This document shows positions 25,376 to 36,880 of a stretch of DNA of 64,000 nucleotides, piece after piece. Below the pieces are notes generated by a model. The model saw nothing but the letters and a program-made list of their open reading frames with translations, was not told the origin of the DNA and searched no databases. Origin of the DNA: Asterionella formosa (taxonomy: Eukaryota); assembly GCA_002256025.1 (NCBI GenBank), contig NKIB01010367.1, positions 1-64,000 on the forward strand, read 5' to 3'. Position numbers and translations under genes: made by a program. How positions within the stretch are numbered: position 1 is the first letter of the stretch; each line of letters begins with the position of its first letter.

Positions 25376-25496
25376 TTCTGCAGAGAAGTGGGAGTTATCC
25401 CTTGTAGAATTTTTTAGAAGCTTGATTGCCCCCTTTTTTGACTATTTTTTTGATAGTTACGATTCCAAGAGGGATAACTGCCACTTCTATCCAGAA
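25376..25496. repeat. Imperfect 35-bp inverted repeat (old foldback/MITE remnant) upstream of SGF11
   Basis: ttctgcagagaagtgggagttatcccttgtagaat versus the reverse complement of attccaagagggataactgccacttctatccagaa, about 6 mismatches. Confidence 0.65.
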
Positions 25497-25776
25497 ATGA
25501 GGTCCTTCCCATATCTGAATATAGATCATAAGCTCAAGTCGAGGAATGACTGTATCTAAGCATATGCAAAGTGGTCGTATTGGTGAAAGCTAAATTTACC
25601 TTTAACTATATTTTTTGTTGTGCGTACTGTGTAGATTGAAGTACATCATACAATTATTTTGGAAGGAAACAGACCTCGGGATGTGCGGGGCCGCAACCTT
25701 TATTAGATCGCACATATATAAACTTGCCAGAAACTATTTTTTGTGTTTCCTCCGTTCTCCTGTGCGTCCCAAAATC

Positions 25777-26331
25777 ATGTCAACTCTCGACGAAATCACA
25801 AATGAGATCGACGAAGAACAGGAGAAGAATGGTACTAAAACTACAGCAGAAATTCTGGTTCAAGAAATTTATAATGACATCTTAAAGGGAATTTGCGTCG
25901 ATGTAGCCTGTGATATTCATCGCATGGTGAAGACTGGCGCCGCTGCCGCATTGTCCAATCCGAGTCGAACCGAAGTGTATCCACAAATCCACAAGCAGGG
26001 GGAAGATATCAACGAGAAACTGGAACGATACGCGACAGATCAGCCATTATCCAAGCGATTCAAGCCAATGATAGCACTCATTTGTGTCGATAACGACGAA
26101 GGATCTGCCACCGAAACGGTGGCAGATACTCCAACGAATGACCGAGTAACGAGGCACCAGCAAAATCATACAGACATTTGGGGGCGAATACCGTCCAAGG
26201 AACCAAGAGAGATGGCATTTTGCAAAATATGCAGTCGACATGTGAGCGTTGCTCGATTTGCTCCTCATTTAGACAAGTGTATGGGAATAGGGACAACCAC
26301 TAGAGCAGCAACGACAACAGTACGGCCATAG
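25777..26331 (+). CDS. SGF11: SAGA deubiquitination-module subunit Sgf11 / ATXN7L3-like
   Basis: N-terminal helix EIYNDILKGICVDVACDIHR and Sgf11 zinc finger CKICSRHVSVARFAPHLDKCMGIG. Start placed at aaaatcATG (25777). Confidence 0.88.
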   Translation: MSTLDEITNEIDEEQEKNGTKTTAEILVQEIYNDILKGICVDVACDIHRMVKTGAAAALSNPSRTEVYPQIHKQGEDINEKLERYATDQPLSKRFKPMIALICVDNDEGSATETVADTPTNDRVTRHQQNHTDIWGRIPSKEPREMAFCKICSRHVSVARFAPHLDKCMGIGTTTRAATTTVRP

Positions 26332-26573
26332 AGGAGTATTGTACTGTTAATTTAAAAATAAAGTCGCAGTAAGATCGGATGGTATAACAAAGCTAATTTG
26401 TGAGGAATACTTAGGCTGATATCAATTTTGTAATATTACGTCATTCGATGGTAGCTCTCAAGAGCCCTAATATTAATAAGTGTGTGAATATAGTCAACGT
26501 GCTCTGTGAGCGAAGCATGTTCAAACTACGCAAGTGAAATGATCTTCCAAGTAAATTAGTTTCATGTGTTCTC

Positions 26574-28523
26574 TTAGTCCACCTTGATGGTTGCAAAGAT
26601 TTTGCGAATAAACCACAAGGAAGTCAAGGCACCAACAGTACCCGTCACCAAAAACATGGCGAAGCAGAATAAGAACATGTATCCAAAGTAGAGAAGGTAA
26701 GTCATAACCATCTTTGAAGCCTCGAGAGTACGGAACCAGACGATGCTGTAGACAAAGGTGTAAAGGGCAGTACTTCCTGAGGTAAAGAAGGAGTACCACC
26801 ACCAACGGTGGTTCTCGGCGCACAACTGGTAGTACACAAGCAAGACCGTGATTTCAGCACAAGTAATGCAAAGAATGAGGAAGACAATCAACGTAAATCC
26901 AAAAACATAGTAGAACTGGTCCATCCACAAAGAGGTCATGATGAAGAAGAATTCGACATAAGCGGCAGCGAATGGAACTATTCCAGTGAGTGTCATTCCA
27001 ACTATTGGGTTAAGCAGAGGTGGTGGAGGAGGAATTGCACGGGCAATGGTTGAAGTTACAGTGGGGAACGAGATGGCTTCAGCTTTGTATCCAAAGTACG
27101 CCCCCAGAAAGACCAAAGGAATTGAGACGCAACACCACATTGCAGCGACAATGATGACATCCAAGAGGGGAGCAGAAGCCGAGGATTTCAGGAAGAAGAG
27201 GTAGATGTTGAAGAACACAAACATGGCGAAAGCGCATCCAGGGAAAAAAGTGGCGGTAAGAACAGTGCACAACTGCCACTGACGTCCACGGAAGGCCTTG
27301 TACATGCGGCTGCTGACATATCCAGAGATAACACCAGAGAGCATGTATAGGATCAAGACCGCTTCCATCAATGATCCACGACGCGCAGGAGACAAGAATC
27401 CGACCGCCGATAGGCAAATACACACCAAGGTTGCCAAGAAGATCTGAACCCCAGTTCCGATAAAGACGCAGAAAAACATCGGGTTGTTCTGTGGAGGTCT
27501 GAATACATCGGCGTGAACCAATTTCCAACCAATCTCATCCACATCTTCATCCTTTTCTTCGTCCGCCAAAGCAGCAATAGCGTTGTAACCAGCAATATCC
27601 CGCTTCAAGTTACGGACAAGTATGGATACCACAAGAAGAGACAAGAACAAGACCACCAATATGGAGTTGGTGATGGAGTACCAGTGCACTTGAGCAGGGA
27701 CAAGATGGTCCTCGTTCAAGTACACATCCCAGCGGGAAGCCCACGGGACTTCACTTGACGCCCAGGTAACATCGTATGTGTAAAGGATCTTCTCGTCCGC
27801 CTTGACGACCTGGTTGGCTCTAATAGTGGTACGGTCCATCTTCGAATTGGTCGAACATGTGCCGAGTTGCTTGGTATTCACTTCAGTAGTGATCCCGTCC
27901 CAGTCATAGCCTCCCTGAAACTCGTGATGAATCGACATGGGTTCGACGGAAAAGCCAACCACACGGTATCCGTCCACCTCAGTACCTGCTTGATGGTAGC
28001 TGACGTGAATGCTGACGTGATTGTAAATGTAAGCCTCTTGCGTGTCGGTTGCGATGAAACCGATTGGGAACCCGCCAGCGTAATGCGTGTGCTTCTCTCC
28101 ACTTTCCGCGATTCCAACGGCAGCAGAGGGCAAGTTATCAATGATCCAGTTGTTGTGGTAACCATACTTGATATGAAGCTTAAGTTTGGCAGCCTCCAAC
28201 TTGGAAAGCGTGACTTGGCAAAGTTTAACACAGAATGTCTCGGTCAACATGTTGATGGTGTAGGGCGAGCTCTGGATCTTGTTGCCCGTTAAGAACTCCC
28301 CGAGGTTCTCCGAAGCCATCCTGGGACCACCTGGAGGCAAGCAAAAGGGAAGTCGATAGTAGTCCTTGGGAATTTGGGTGTGAATAGAAGTCATGGAATT
28401 GACCTTCATGGGAACTTCATCCCCCATTCTGAAGGCCAGAGGCTGGACGCCAGGAATGTAGAATGCGCGAACGCCAACGCTGCTTCCGAGAAGGAGTGAG
28501 AGGATGGTAGAGAGCTTCTTCAT
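26574..28523 (-). CDS. TM9SF: Transmembrane 9 superfamily protein (nonaspanin, EMP70 / TM9SF2-4 type)
   Basis: Signal peptide then FYIPGV; ENLGEFL; WIIDNLP; VHWYSITNS; GWKLVHADVFRPP; nine TM helices; C-terminal KVD. Intact 649-aa ORF. Confidence 0.97.
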   Translation of the reverse strand: MKKLSTILSLLLGSSVGVRAFYIPGVQPLAFRMGDEVPMKVNSMTSIHTQIPKDYYRLPFCLPPGGPRMASENLGEFLTGNKIQSSPYTINMLTETFCVKLCQVTLSKLEAAKLKLHIKYGYHNNWIIDNLPSAAVGIAESGEKHTHYAGGFPIGFIATDTQEAYIYNHVSIHVSYHQAGTEVDGYRVVGFSVEPMSIHHEFQGGYDWDGITTEVNTKQLGTCSTNSKMDRTTIRANQVVKADEKILYTYDVTWASSEVPWASRWDVYLNEDHLVPAQVHWYSITNSILVVLFLSLLVVSILVRNLKRDIAGYNAIAALADEEKDEDVDEIGWKLVHADVFRPPQNNPMFFCVFIGTGVQIFLATLVCICLSAVGFLSPARRGSLMEAVLILYMLSGVISGYVSSRMYKAFRGRQWQLCTVLTATFFPGCAFAMFVFFNIYLFFLKSSASAPLLDVIIVAAMWCCVSIPLVFLGAYFGYKAEAISFPTVTSTIARAIPPPPPLLNPIVGMTLTGIVPFAAAYVEFFFIMTSLWMDQFYYVFGFTLIVFLILCITCAEITVLLVYYQLCAENHRWWWYSFFTSGSTALYTFVYSIVWFRTLEASKMVMTYLLYFGYMFLFCFAMFLVTGTVGALTSLWFIRKIFATIKVD

Positions 28524-29689
28524 GATGGTTCTGTTCAGTGCGACAGTGAATGCAGTGTACCTTGTTTAAAACTTCAGGTCGATTACGGTAAACAGATGAT
28601 GTTCCGCTGCTTCTTTGCAAGAAAAAGCTTCTTCATTGGGCTGGCCGCTGCCTCCATGAGGATACGGATACCACCTATAAAGTCAACAGCGGCTGGACAC
28701 AGTCACATGTCCGTTGCGTGTCTCCTGTCTTTGTACGAGGTTTTTCCCGTAGGAGTTTTAAATACCATCTTTTCCACTTCATCCGTAGATTCTACAGCAC
28801 GTTCTGGAAACGTCGACGAGGTCGGCACAGATTTAGTTCGTATGAAGTGGCGGCTGCATGATGCCTGATGATGTACCTCTATGCTGTATGCACCTGTGTG
28901 TTTGTGTACATGATAGAATTTAAAAAATATAATGGAACCATCAGCAGTCAGGGTTGACTTTTATTTTTAGGGTTCTTATCATTTCAAATTGGGTATCAAT
29001 TCATTTGAAGAGGTATCAAGCAATGGGTACCACACTCAATTCAAACTGAAATAGCTCCATTCTTAAGATAAATTTAAAAAATGGTATCACTAAGCAATGT
29101 GCATCATGGTGTACTAGCACAGATCTTCAATACTGACAGGCCACCAGCAATGAACATGTACATTTCCCTCCAGACTATTTGATGGTTGACCAGTAATAGA
29201 CACCTGAATGAACCATTGCATTGATTTTTTTGTAATAAAAATTATTTATCAGATCAATGATGGAGGAGTGGCTGAGTGGTTGGCATGCGTTCTGAGATGA
29301 CAACAGGCTCAATTCCTGCAGTCTAGTATGGATTGCCTTCATTGTATATGTAGTCCCTAGGTTCACAGGAGTGAGACTGACAACAGGCAGGTCTAAGGCC
29401 TTCTGGGTTACTGTACAACTCAACAACTTCTACAAGTGTCGAGTTCTTTAAAAATATAATACTATAAAATTTAAATAATATTATTTTTTATCCAATCAAA
29501 TATGTCCTTGATTAGCTAATGAGGTAATCAAAGATGTCATGATGTCAGAGATGAAGCAGATGATGAAAACAGTGTTTAGGATTTCATTTTCCTCTTTCAT
29601 GTAGCTCAACAAGAAGATTCATCCAAAAATTGGAAGGTTCACATGGCAAAATGAAAAAATATCATGGTTATATCACATCGAAAAGCTCA

Positions 29690-30260
29690 GTCATGAGCTT
29701 GCTTTGAGTTCCATTTTCATTTCTATAAAAGGACAAATATTTTACCATCGTAGATTCGTAATTTCTTTTGCAATTTTGAAGGGATATGTATACATATTTT
29801 TCTATTGTATTGTGCAATTTATGAATGAAATATTCGATCTCAATGGCCAAAGACTCGTTCTCCATTTTGATGGAGAAATTCGACATTATCAACATGGTCG
29901 ATGCATTGACGACAAGTTCTTTACAAGTTTACCAGTGGTTGCATGTATGCAGTCGGCATTAGAGACATTTGCTATTATATTTCGGTTTGTATATACCATA
30001 CAAAGGCTACAAATATAATTCTTGTTAATTTACATTGATATGTTTGTCCCTCCTGGCCTGACGCCATTGCTCTCTTAAATGCGAAACAAATGAGACTATC
30101 AATCAAATCTTATAGCGTTAAAGCTATCCAATAATCGCACTGGTGCCCAAATGAATGAATAAATAAATCGACACAATTAGTACCGGCTTTATTCGTCCAT
30201 ATGGAACAACGGGACCTGTGTTTTCGTCATCCGCACCCCCCGGAACCCTAGGGACTACAT
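29690..30260 (+). repeat. Dispersed repeat family, copy A (inverted relative to copies B and D)
   Basis: Reverse complement of 29855-29912 (gtcaatgcatcgaccatg...gaatttctccatcaaaatggagaac) resembles 39920-39973. ttaaagctatccaataatc.cact..gcccaaat at 30118 recurs at 38626. Confidence 0.6.
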
Positions 30261-30271
30261 GAAAAGGCAGG

Positions 30272-30333
30272 TGGAGAATGCAGGAATCGAACCTGCCACC
30301 GCAACATGTGTGCTAACCACTAAGCCATTCCCC
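30272..30333 (-). tRNA. tRNA-Ala-like sequence lacking most of the anticodon arm (pseudo-tRNA or tRNA-like ncRNA), 62 nt
   Basis: GGGGAAT/ATTCTCC-A acceptor stem with G3:U70; A box TGGCTTAGTGG; T arm GCAGG-TTCGATT-CCTGC; TTTT six nt downstream. About 11 nt shorter than a normal tRNA. Confidence 0.75.
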
Positions 30334-30544
30334 AAAATGCGAAACACATTAGCTACTAATACAGACGACTTGGAGGCAATTAGATTTCAGTGCAAAAGCT
30401 CCGAAGGCTTCATCAGAGGATATGACGGTGCCATTGATGCTGGCTTCCTAGCCATCTTCAATCGCCCCAGTTTAGCTAAATGTGTAACTATCCCAGTGTA
30501 TTCTTTTCAGGATATTACATCATGACTTTGTGGTATTTTATTCA

Positions 30545-30965
30545 GGGCTCTGGTTTTGGTCAAGTTCCTTGAGTTTCTGTTTGTTTCTTGTTATTGTTGC
30601 ACCTCTTTTTTAGCTCATTGCATACCCTGTTTGTTATTGTGTAGCGCCAAGCACCAATGCATACCTGATACCAAATCAGGAAATCAACAAATGATTTCTT
30701 CCATTGAATAATGCACCTTGATTGATTCCGTTCGTCATTTCGTCAAGCTCCTAGGGTTTCTGCCATTCTTTCATCTGTTTGTAGTAGTTCATAGCCTACG
30801 CTGTTGTTACTGTGTGGATTCAAGCGCCGGTGCAGAACTGATTCCGATGCCAGGACATTGATATATACCGTACTCTCTTCCATTTAATAATTCATCTTAA
30901 ATTGATTCCAGTCATTTTTGTCAAGCTCCTTGCGTTTCTGGTTGTTTCTTTGCATTCTTTAACCT
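30545..30965. repeat. Degenerate ~180-bp tandem repeat, 2.5-3 units
   Basis: gtcaag(c/t)tcct(t/a)g.gtttctg at ~30559, 30742 and 30920; ttcttccatt.aataat.ca.ctt at ~30696 and ~30875. Confidence 0.7.
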
Positions 30966-32234
30966 GTTATTAATTCACTATGTAGGATATTATACTCTTA
31001 GAATTTGGTAATAATTGTAGCTAACAAGTTACGAAGTGTGATTGACTATATTGTGTTCCAAGTAACCCGGATTGGGAGTGACTTCTCAGAGGACTCAAAG
31101 ATAGTAGTTGGCACTGTTCTTATCGGTGGGTGGGGGATCGTAAAAAATTGGCCTGGACCGCTTAGACTTCTTCCCATGAACAATTCCATTGTATCTTCAA
31201 AACACTGAGAGATCTTTTTCTGAGCCGAATCTATCTAGTATGTAAAACACTCTCCTGCCATTTGGCTATTACTTCAACCATCATCACAACTGCTTTGCAC
31301 GGCTAATTGTCAGCTTTTACTTATGATCTTGCTCGTCTGCACTTATGTTCTCATTTCCTTTGGCCTTACATCTCACCAACAAAAAGAGAGGATTGATGAT
31401 GATTAATAAGTTACGAGAAAACTTATTCATACTACAACACATCAGCCAAGTAGCATCGTCATTGTAGTTACTAACTACTATACATACTATGTAGTCAGTA
31501 TTGTTTTAACAAATGGCAAAACCATACATTTACATACAGTTTGCTGGTAAAATCGACCATTGTGGCAACAATGATGGCGGGAGCCAGGGAAAACTGGAAG
31601 CGGTTTGTTGAGAATCACAAAATGCAGCAACTATCCATCAGTGTTTCAATACTAATCAATGGCTGGTCTACCGGTATTTTACTGGCAAACTCTGTTTGTA
31701 AATATGCAATGATCCCACGTCAATATGCATGATGATCATACCCATGAACATACATTACAGACCATGTGCATAGCTAGTATGTATAGTAGCTAGCTAGTAA
31801 GCAACTACTATGATGGTAATGGCACAAAATGATGTTCAGACTATCCATAAATGTAATAATTAGTAACTACCAGAATTTTTTCAAATGATCCCATTGACTT
31901 TAAACCATAATGTAGAATAGGTGGTTTTGATCACCTTGGCCAGAAAAAACCCAATTTTGGAGACTTCAGGAAAACTGCGTGTATTTCCTGAAGTTTCCCT
32001 ACATTTCCTGAAATTCATACCAGTAGGAATTTCCTGAAGTCATAGTCCTATGCTGTTTCTGATTTTTGCCACTGGAGGAATCAAGCTATTTTATTTCTCT
32101 GAATCATGCGATGAATTGAAGACATTCTCTACTTATGATGAAATACTCACCTGCATGGTAACACATTGTCTATTTCCGGAAAACAAAAACTGCAACCTTG
32201 CAGAAAATTGAGGTGAAAAAGCTTACTCAGCTCC

Positions 32235-32247
32235 TTGGCGCGCCAAA
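32235..32247. promoter_or_regulatory. E2F-type site TTGGCGCGCCAAA upstream of MCM2
   Basis: Near-palindromic match containing TTTGGCGC on the minus strand, ~90 bp before the likely ATG. MCM genes are classic E2F targets. Confidence 0.65.
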
Positions 32248-32337
32248 TAAATTATTATCTCCAATACCACAACCGGTACCGCTATATGTATGTACTCACA
32301 AAGAATTAATAGCGCAACAAACAATACAAGAAACTCA

Positions 32338-35130
32338 ATGTCAGATAGCGGACGCCCCAAACGCCGCCGCATCCACGATGATGAAGGCGACTCTGGCGAC
32401 TCCGAAGATCCACGAGCTACTCGAATCGCAGCACGAATAGCGCAACGTCGACAGGCAACTGTTTTTCCAGGGGACGCCGAGTATGAAGCAGTCACTGCAA
32501 ATCCTGAAGAAGAGCAACCGGAAGGGGAAGATGACGACCTAGACCATGATGCTGATTTGGAGTATCAAGAAGAGGAAGAAGACGGAGAAGATTTGATGGA
32601 GAATGCAGAGCGTGACTATCAACGCATTGAAGCCTTGGATACGTATGGGGAGGAAGGTCTGGATGATCGGGAGTATGACGCCATGAATATGGACGAGCGC
32701 AGGGCGGTTGAAGCCCAGCTGGCGCATCGGGATCGTGGGACGCGAAACGAAGGATTTTACGGGGCATTGGATGTCTTGGAGGAAGACGAAGACGACGAAG
32801 CGCGCGATCGTCGTCGCCAACAGTTTGGAGGGCGAGCTGAGGAGCAAGAGGAGGAATCAGAGGAAGAAGAAGACTTGGATAAGGATGATCAAGTCAACCT
32901 TGAAGCCTTTGACATTCCACTTCGGGAATGGATTGCACAAGACCGAACGAGGAAGGAAATTCAGCGAAAATTTAGAGCCTTTATCAAGAACTTTACGCCC
33001 GAAGCACCCACTGCCAAGCGGCGCAACGGCAATGGGACCTACGAAGGAAAGATAAAGGCAATGTGCGCTTCGAACTTGGCGACACTAAATATTTCCTACT
33101 TGCACCTTATGGAGGCAGAACCGGTCTTGGCATTTTGGGTAGCAGATGCACCCAAGGACATGTTTGACGTCCTGAATGAAGCTGCCACCCGTCATACCTT
33201 GCAGCTATTTCCATCATATCATGCTATACAGCGTGATATTCATGTACGAGTATCAGAAGTGCCTATTTTAGATTCATTGAGAGATTTGCGCCGGTCTCAT
33301 TTGGACTGTCTCGTTAAAGTCTTGGGCGTTGTTACGAGGCGTGGAACCGTGCATCCACAATTGGTTATGGCCTTCTATTCCTGCCAAACCTGCAAGAAGG
33401 TGCAAGGGCCATTTCGCCAAGAGGGTGGACAGCAGTACACTCCAGACGACTGTCCAGTTTGTGAGCAAGCAACGACTTTTAAACTGCACCCAACTCTCTC
33501 GCAGTACCGCAATTTTCAGAGAGTCAATTTACAAGAAACACCTGGTTCTGTCCCTCCCGGACGTGTCCCTCGCACCAAAGAAGTTTACCTCACGAACGAC
33601 TTGATTGACATTGCTCGTCCAGGGGAAGAAGTTGAAGTTACTGGAATTTATGAACATGCTTATGATTCCAGCATGACCCTCAAGTCGGGCTTTCCCGTAT
33701 TTAGCACTTACATCACTGCTAATCACGTCTGCAAGCGAGAAGACGCAAGTGCAGCCTCAAACTTGTCGGAAGCAGATATAGCCGAAATTCTGGAATTAGC
33801 CAAGGATCCACATATCGGTGAAAAGATTGTCCAGTCCATTGCGCCGTCTATCTATGGGCACAAGACTGTCAAAATGGCTTTGGCCATGGCTCTTTTTGGT
33901 GGTGTACCCAAAAATATCAATGACAAACACCGCATCCGTGGAGATGTCAATGTCTTGCTGTTGGGAGATCCAGGGACTGCTAAGTCACAATTCTTGAAGT
34001 ATGCAGAGAAGACTGCGCCCCGAGCAGTGTATTCGACTGGAAAGGGTGCGTCAGCGGTGGGATTGACAGCTAGTGTGCACAAGGATCCAATTACCAAGGA
34101 ATGGACCTTGGAAGGAGGCGCATTAGTCTTGGCTGATCGAGGTGTCTGTTTGATTGATGAGTTTGACAAGATGAATGAACAAGATCGAACATCTATTCAC
34201 GAGGCAATGGAACAGCAGAGTATTTCCATTTCCAAGGCAGGTATTGTCACATCACTACAAGCTCGCTGCTCTGTCATTGCGGCTGCCAATCCTATCGGAG
34301 GGCGCTACGATTCGTCGAACACACTGTCTGAAAATGTCGAGTTAACAGACCCTATCTTGCAGCGCTTCGATTGTTTGTGCGTCCTCCAGGACACGGTTGA
34401 TCCCGTCGCCGACGAACGCCTTGCGAGATTTGTTACAGCTTCGCACATGCGCTCCACCCCTACCAACGAAATCGTCCGCGGAGGGCACCAAGCAATGCCA
34501 TCTGCAGCCGACAATGCCCGGGTTGGCCATCTCTCGCAAGACATATTACGTAAGTATATTCAATATGCTCGTACCCATTGCCATCCCGTACTTCGGGCCA
34601 ATACCTTTGATCAAGAAAAGATTGCTTCTCTATACGTGGCTTTGCGCAAGGAGTCGGCAAATTCAGGTGGTGTACCCATAGCTGTCAGACATATTGAATC
34701 CATGATGCGAATGTCGGAAGCCCACGCCAAGATGCACTTGCGTGACTATGTTCGTGATGATGACATGGACGCTTCCGTTACGAGCATGTTGGAGAGCTTT
34801 ATTGCTGCCCAAAAGTTCTCAGTTAGACGTTCGTTGCGTAAAGCGTTTGGAAAGTTTCTCAGTAACGGCAACGACCGTGCGCATTTGTTGTTGCATGTTT
34901 TGCAAGATATGTTTCGGAATGAACAAATGTATCAAGTTATTCGAATGCGTCAAAAGAATGTTAATGAGGAATTGCAAACTTTGGAAGTACCCTTGGACGA
35001 GTTGGAGGGGCGGGCTCGTGAACGGCGTATTTATGATTTGAACGACTTTTTGAATGGAATCGCCTTTGAAGAAGCTGGTTATGCGTTAGATTTATCACGG
35101 CGGGTCATAAAGAGATCGTTTGTTCAGTAG
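32338..35130 (+). CDS. MCM2: DNA replication licensing factor MCM2
   Basis: Acidic N-terminus with DGEDLMENAERDY histone-binding motif, zinc finger, Walker A GDPGTAKSQ, IDEFDKM, SIHEAMEQQ. Start at MSDSGRPKRRR (32338); alternative ATG at 32290. Confidence 0.98.
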   Translation: MSDSGRPKRRRIHDDEGDSGDSEDPRATRIAARIAQRRQATVFPGDAEYEAVTANPEEEQPEGEDDDLDHDADLEYQEEEEDGEDLMENAERDYQRIEALDTYGEEGLDDREYDAMNMDERRAVEAQLAHRDRGTRNEGFYGALDVLEEDEDDEARDRRRQQFGGRAEEQEEESEEEEDLDKDDQVNLEAFDIPLREWIAQDRTRKEIQRKFRAFIKNFTPEAPTAKRRNGNGTYEGKIKAMCASNLATLNISYLHLMEAEPVLAFWVADAPKDMFDVLNEAATRHTLQLFPSYHAIQRDIHVRVSEVPILDSLRDLRRSHLDCLVKVLGVVTRRGTVHPQLVMAFYSCQTCKKVQGPFRQEGGQQYTPDDCPVCEQATTFKLHPTLSQYRNFQRVNLQETPGSVPPGRVPRTKEVYLTNDLIDIARPGEEVEVTGIYEHAYDSSMTLKSGFPVFSTYITANHVCKREDASAASNLSEADIAEILELAKDPHIGEKIVQSIAPSIYGHKTVKMALAMALFGGVPKNINDKHRIRGDVNVLLLGDPGTAKSQFLKYAEKTAPRAVYSTGKGASAVGLTASVHKDPITKEWTLEGGALVLADRGVCLIDEFDKMNEQDRTSIHEAMEQQSISISKAGIVTSLQARCSVIAAANPIGGRYDSSNTLSENVELTDPILQRFDCLCVLQDTVDPVADERLARFVTASHMRSTPTNEIVRGGHQAMPSAADNARVGHLSQDILRKYIQYARTHCHPVLRANTFDQEKIASLYVALRKESANSGGVPIAVRHIESMMRMSEAHAKMHLRDYVRDDDMDASVTSMLESFIAAQKFSVRRSLRKAFGKFLSNGNDRAHLLLHVLQDMFRNEQMYQVIRMRQKNVNEELQTLEVPLDELEGRARERRIYDLNDFLNGIAFEEAGYALDLSRRVIKRSFVQ

Positions 35131-35268
35131 GTTCACAGATGGAAACATAGAACCTAACTGTACGGGAAAGATAGACATAGTAATAAACAGCAGGTTTATT
35201 GATACAACATACTACTGGCATTTGATTGTCGCCCCATTTGTAGAACACTAGAACTTTACAAACTTCAA

Positions 35269-35925
35269 CTAGTTTCTAAGAGGCACTGCCGGCAACCCAT
35301 ATTCGTCCACTCTATTGGCCGGTAGTCCCTGGGGGGTATCTGGTAGTGAGTCTGTTTGCAAATAGGCTGGTTCTTTTTCTTCTTCAATTTCTTCTAGTTC
35401 ATCTCCCAGCATATCCAGCTCTGCATCTAAATCTGCTTCATCAATATCCTCAGGTGTCGCAAAGGTTCTTCCCAAGGCTTCATTGATTTCATTAAAGTCC
35501 TCCATAAGTTCCGCCATGTCATCTGCTAAGCCCTCCACATCATCAATATTGAGATCCTTTTTGAGCGATTGCTTCAATTCCTTATTGGCCGCCTTCAATG
35601 ACGCGACAGTCGAAATATTCGCCTTCGCAGAATCAATTGAGAATCCCACTTGATCAATGTTGAATTGCTGTCCCATGACCTGGTCTCGCTGTTGCTCGTA
35701 CATCCGCTTTCGTTTCAACACTTCAAGGGCTCGCTTTTGAAGTGCTTGTTTTGCCGCGGGCGATTTCGACATTTTAATCTTGTCCTTGTACACCTTGAGT
35801 TCCTTTTCAAGGGAGGCAATCTTGCTGTCCATTTGATCGGCTCTTCCGCCCAGGTTGGAGGACGTTTCATCGAGGGAGGGTGGCGGTGGGCCAGGCTCCT
35901 TTTTCTTTCCAAAGATTCTGTTCAT
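35269..35925 (-). CDS. VPS60: ESCRT-III protein Vps60 / CHMP5 (Snf7 family)
   Basis: MNRIFGKKK; KQALQKRALEVLKRKRMYEQQRDQVMGQQFNIDQ; DIDEADLDAELDML; C-terminal VDEYGLP. Confidence 0.95.
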   Translation of the reverse strand: MNRIFGKKKEPGPPPPSLDETSSNLGGRADQMDSKIASLEKELKVYKDKIKMSKSPAAKQALQKRALEVLKRKRMYEQQRDQVMGQQFNIDQVGFSIDSAKANISTVASLKAANKELKQSLKKDLNIDDVEGLADDMAELMEDFNEINEALGRTFATPEDIDEADLDAELDMLGDELEEIEEEKEPAYLQTDSLPDTPQGLPANRVDEYGLPAVPLRN

Positions 35926-36479
35926 TTTGTTGCTGTAGCAGTCTTGTCAGAAAAATGAAGTCGGAGTGCAGTTATGTTACCACAAAGTTCAGAGTCAGCT
36001 GACCATTTTTTAAAACCTTCTACTGCTTCTTTCAGAACAAACCACTAGTCTATGATTTAACCTACCTTCGTCGCAATCTTAAATGCAATCAAAAAATCGA
36101 ATCTGCAGTCAGTGTAATATACTGATTGCTTCAATTCGTGGGACAAGCTTATGCACTGATCTTGGAAAGTGGGAGTTGTTAGCTGCTTCTGTTGGGTGTT
36201 GTTTTATGTTCAACCAGTATAAATATACCGGTATCTCGATATACATATTCTTATACTTTACATATTGCATGCCTTTCTCGTCGTCATTCGTGCCCGTACC
36301 TGGTACCGATATGTCTTTTTAACATGACGCAAGTAGTTTTCATACCGGCAAAGATACCGGTACCGGTAGAGTCAATGACTGGAATCTGGAATCATCATGC
36401 TAAGCAGGTACCCGAGGTGGCCCTCGTACTTAATCGTATATATATATTTAGCTGAGATCACGCGATTCTTTTAAACATA

Positions 36480-36880
36480 CAGTATAAAACACTATATGGT
36501 AGAGTGTTCCATTGTGATCAGCTGGAGAATCCTTCATCATGTTGTCTCAGCCTTGACCATGACGAAAATAGCGAATATCTCCACAAAAATTGAGAACAAC
36601 GCTTTCCTATTCAGTAAATATATCAAACACAACATGGAAAATGCAATTGTCAAAGAATGATTGTAATTGCACTTACATTGACAACGAAAATTGAAGTTGC
36701 TGACAGTGCCATTTTTCATGCAATTTAGAGGTTCACAATTCAAAATGATGATGATACAAACAGATTTGACACTTTCATAATAGCTGCACTACGAATACTC
36801 TAACAAATAGGGCAATAGAATGTTAATTGACGCAAAAGATTTGAAAAAATTCTTTTATCAATTGAGAATTGATTCTTATT
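36480..36880 (-). repeat. Dispersed repeat family, copy B
   Basis: ccatgacgaaaatagcgaatatctccacaaaaattgagaac...caattcaaaatga.gatg...acactttca aligns with 39855-40235. Confidence 0.8.

Noticed and set aside
25615..25776. N-terminal extension of SGF11 in the ORF track
   Set aside because: Starts at a non-ATG codon and reads like promoter/UTR; ATG 25777 fits better.
30272..30333. tmRNA or D-armless tRNA-Met(CAT)
   Set aside because: No tag ORF or tmRNA body. The alternative fold has a mismatched stem and lacks U33, and the acceptor stem is Ala-type.
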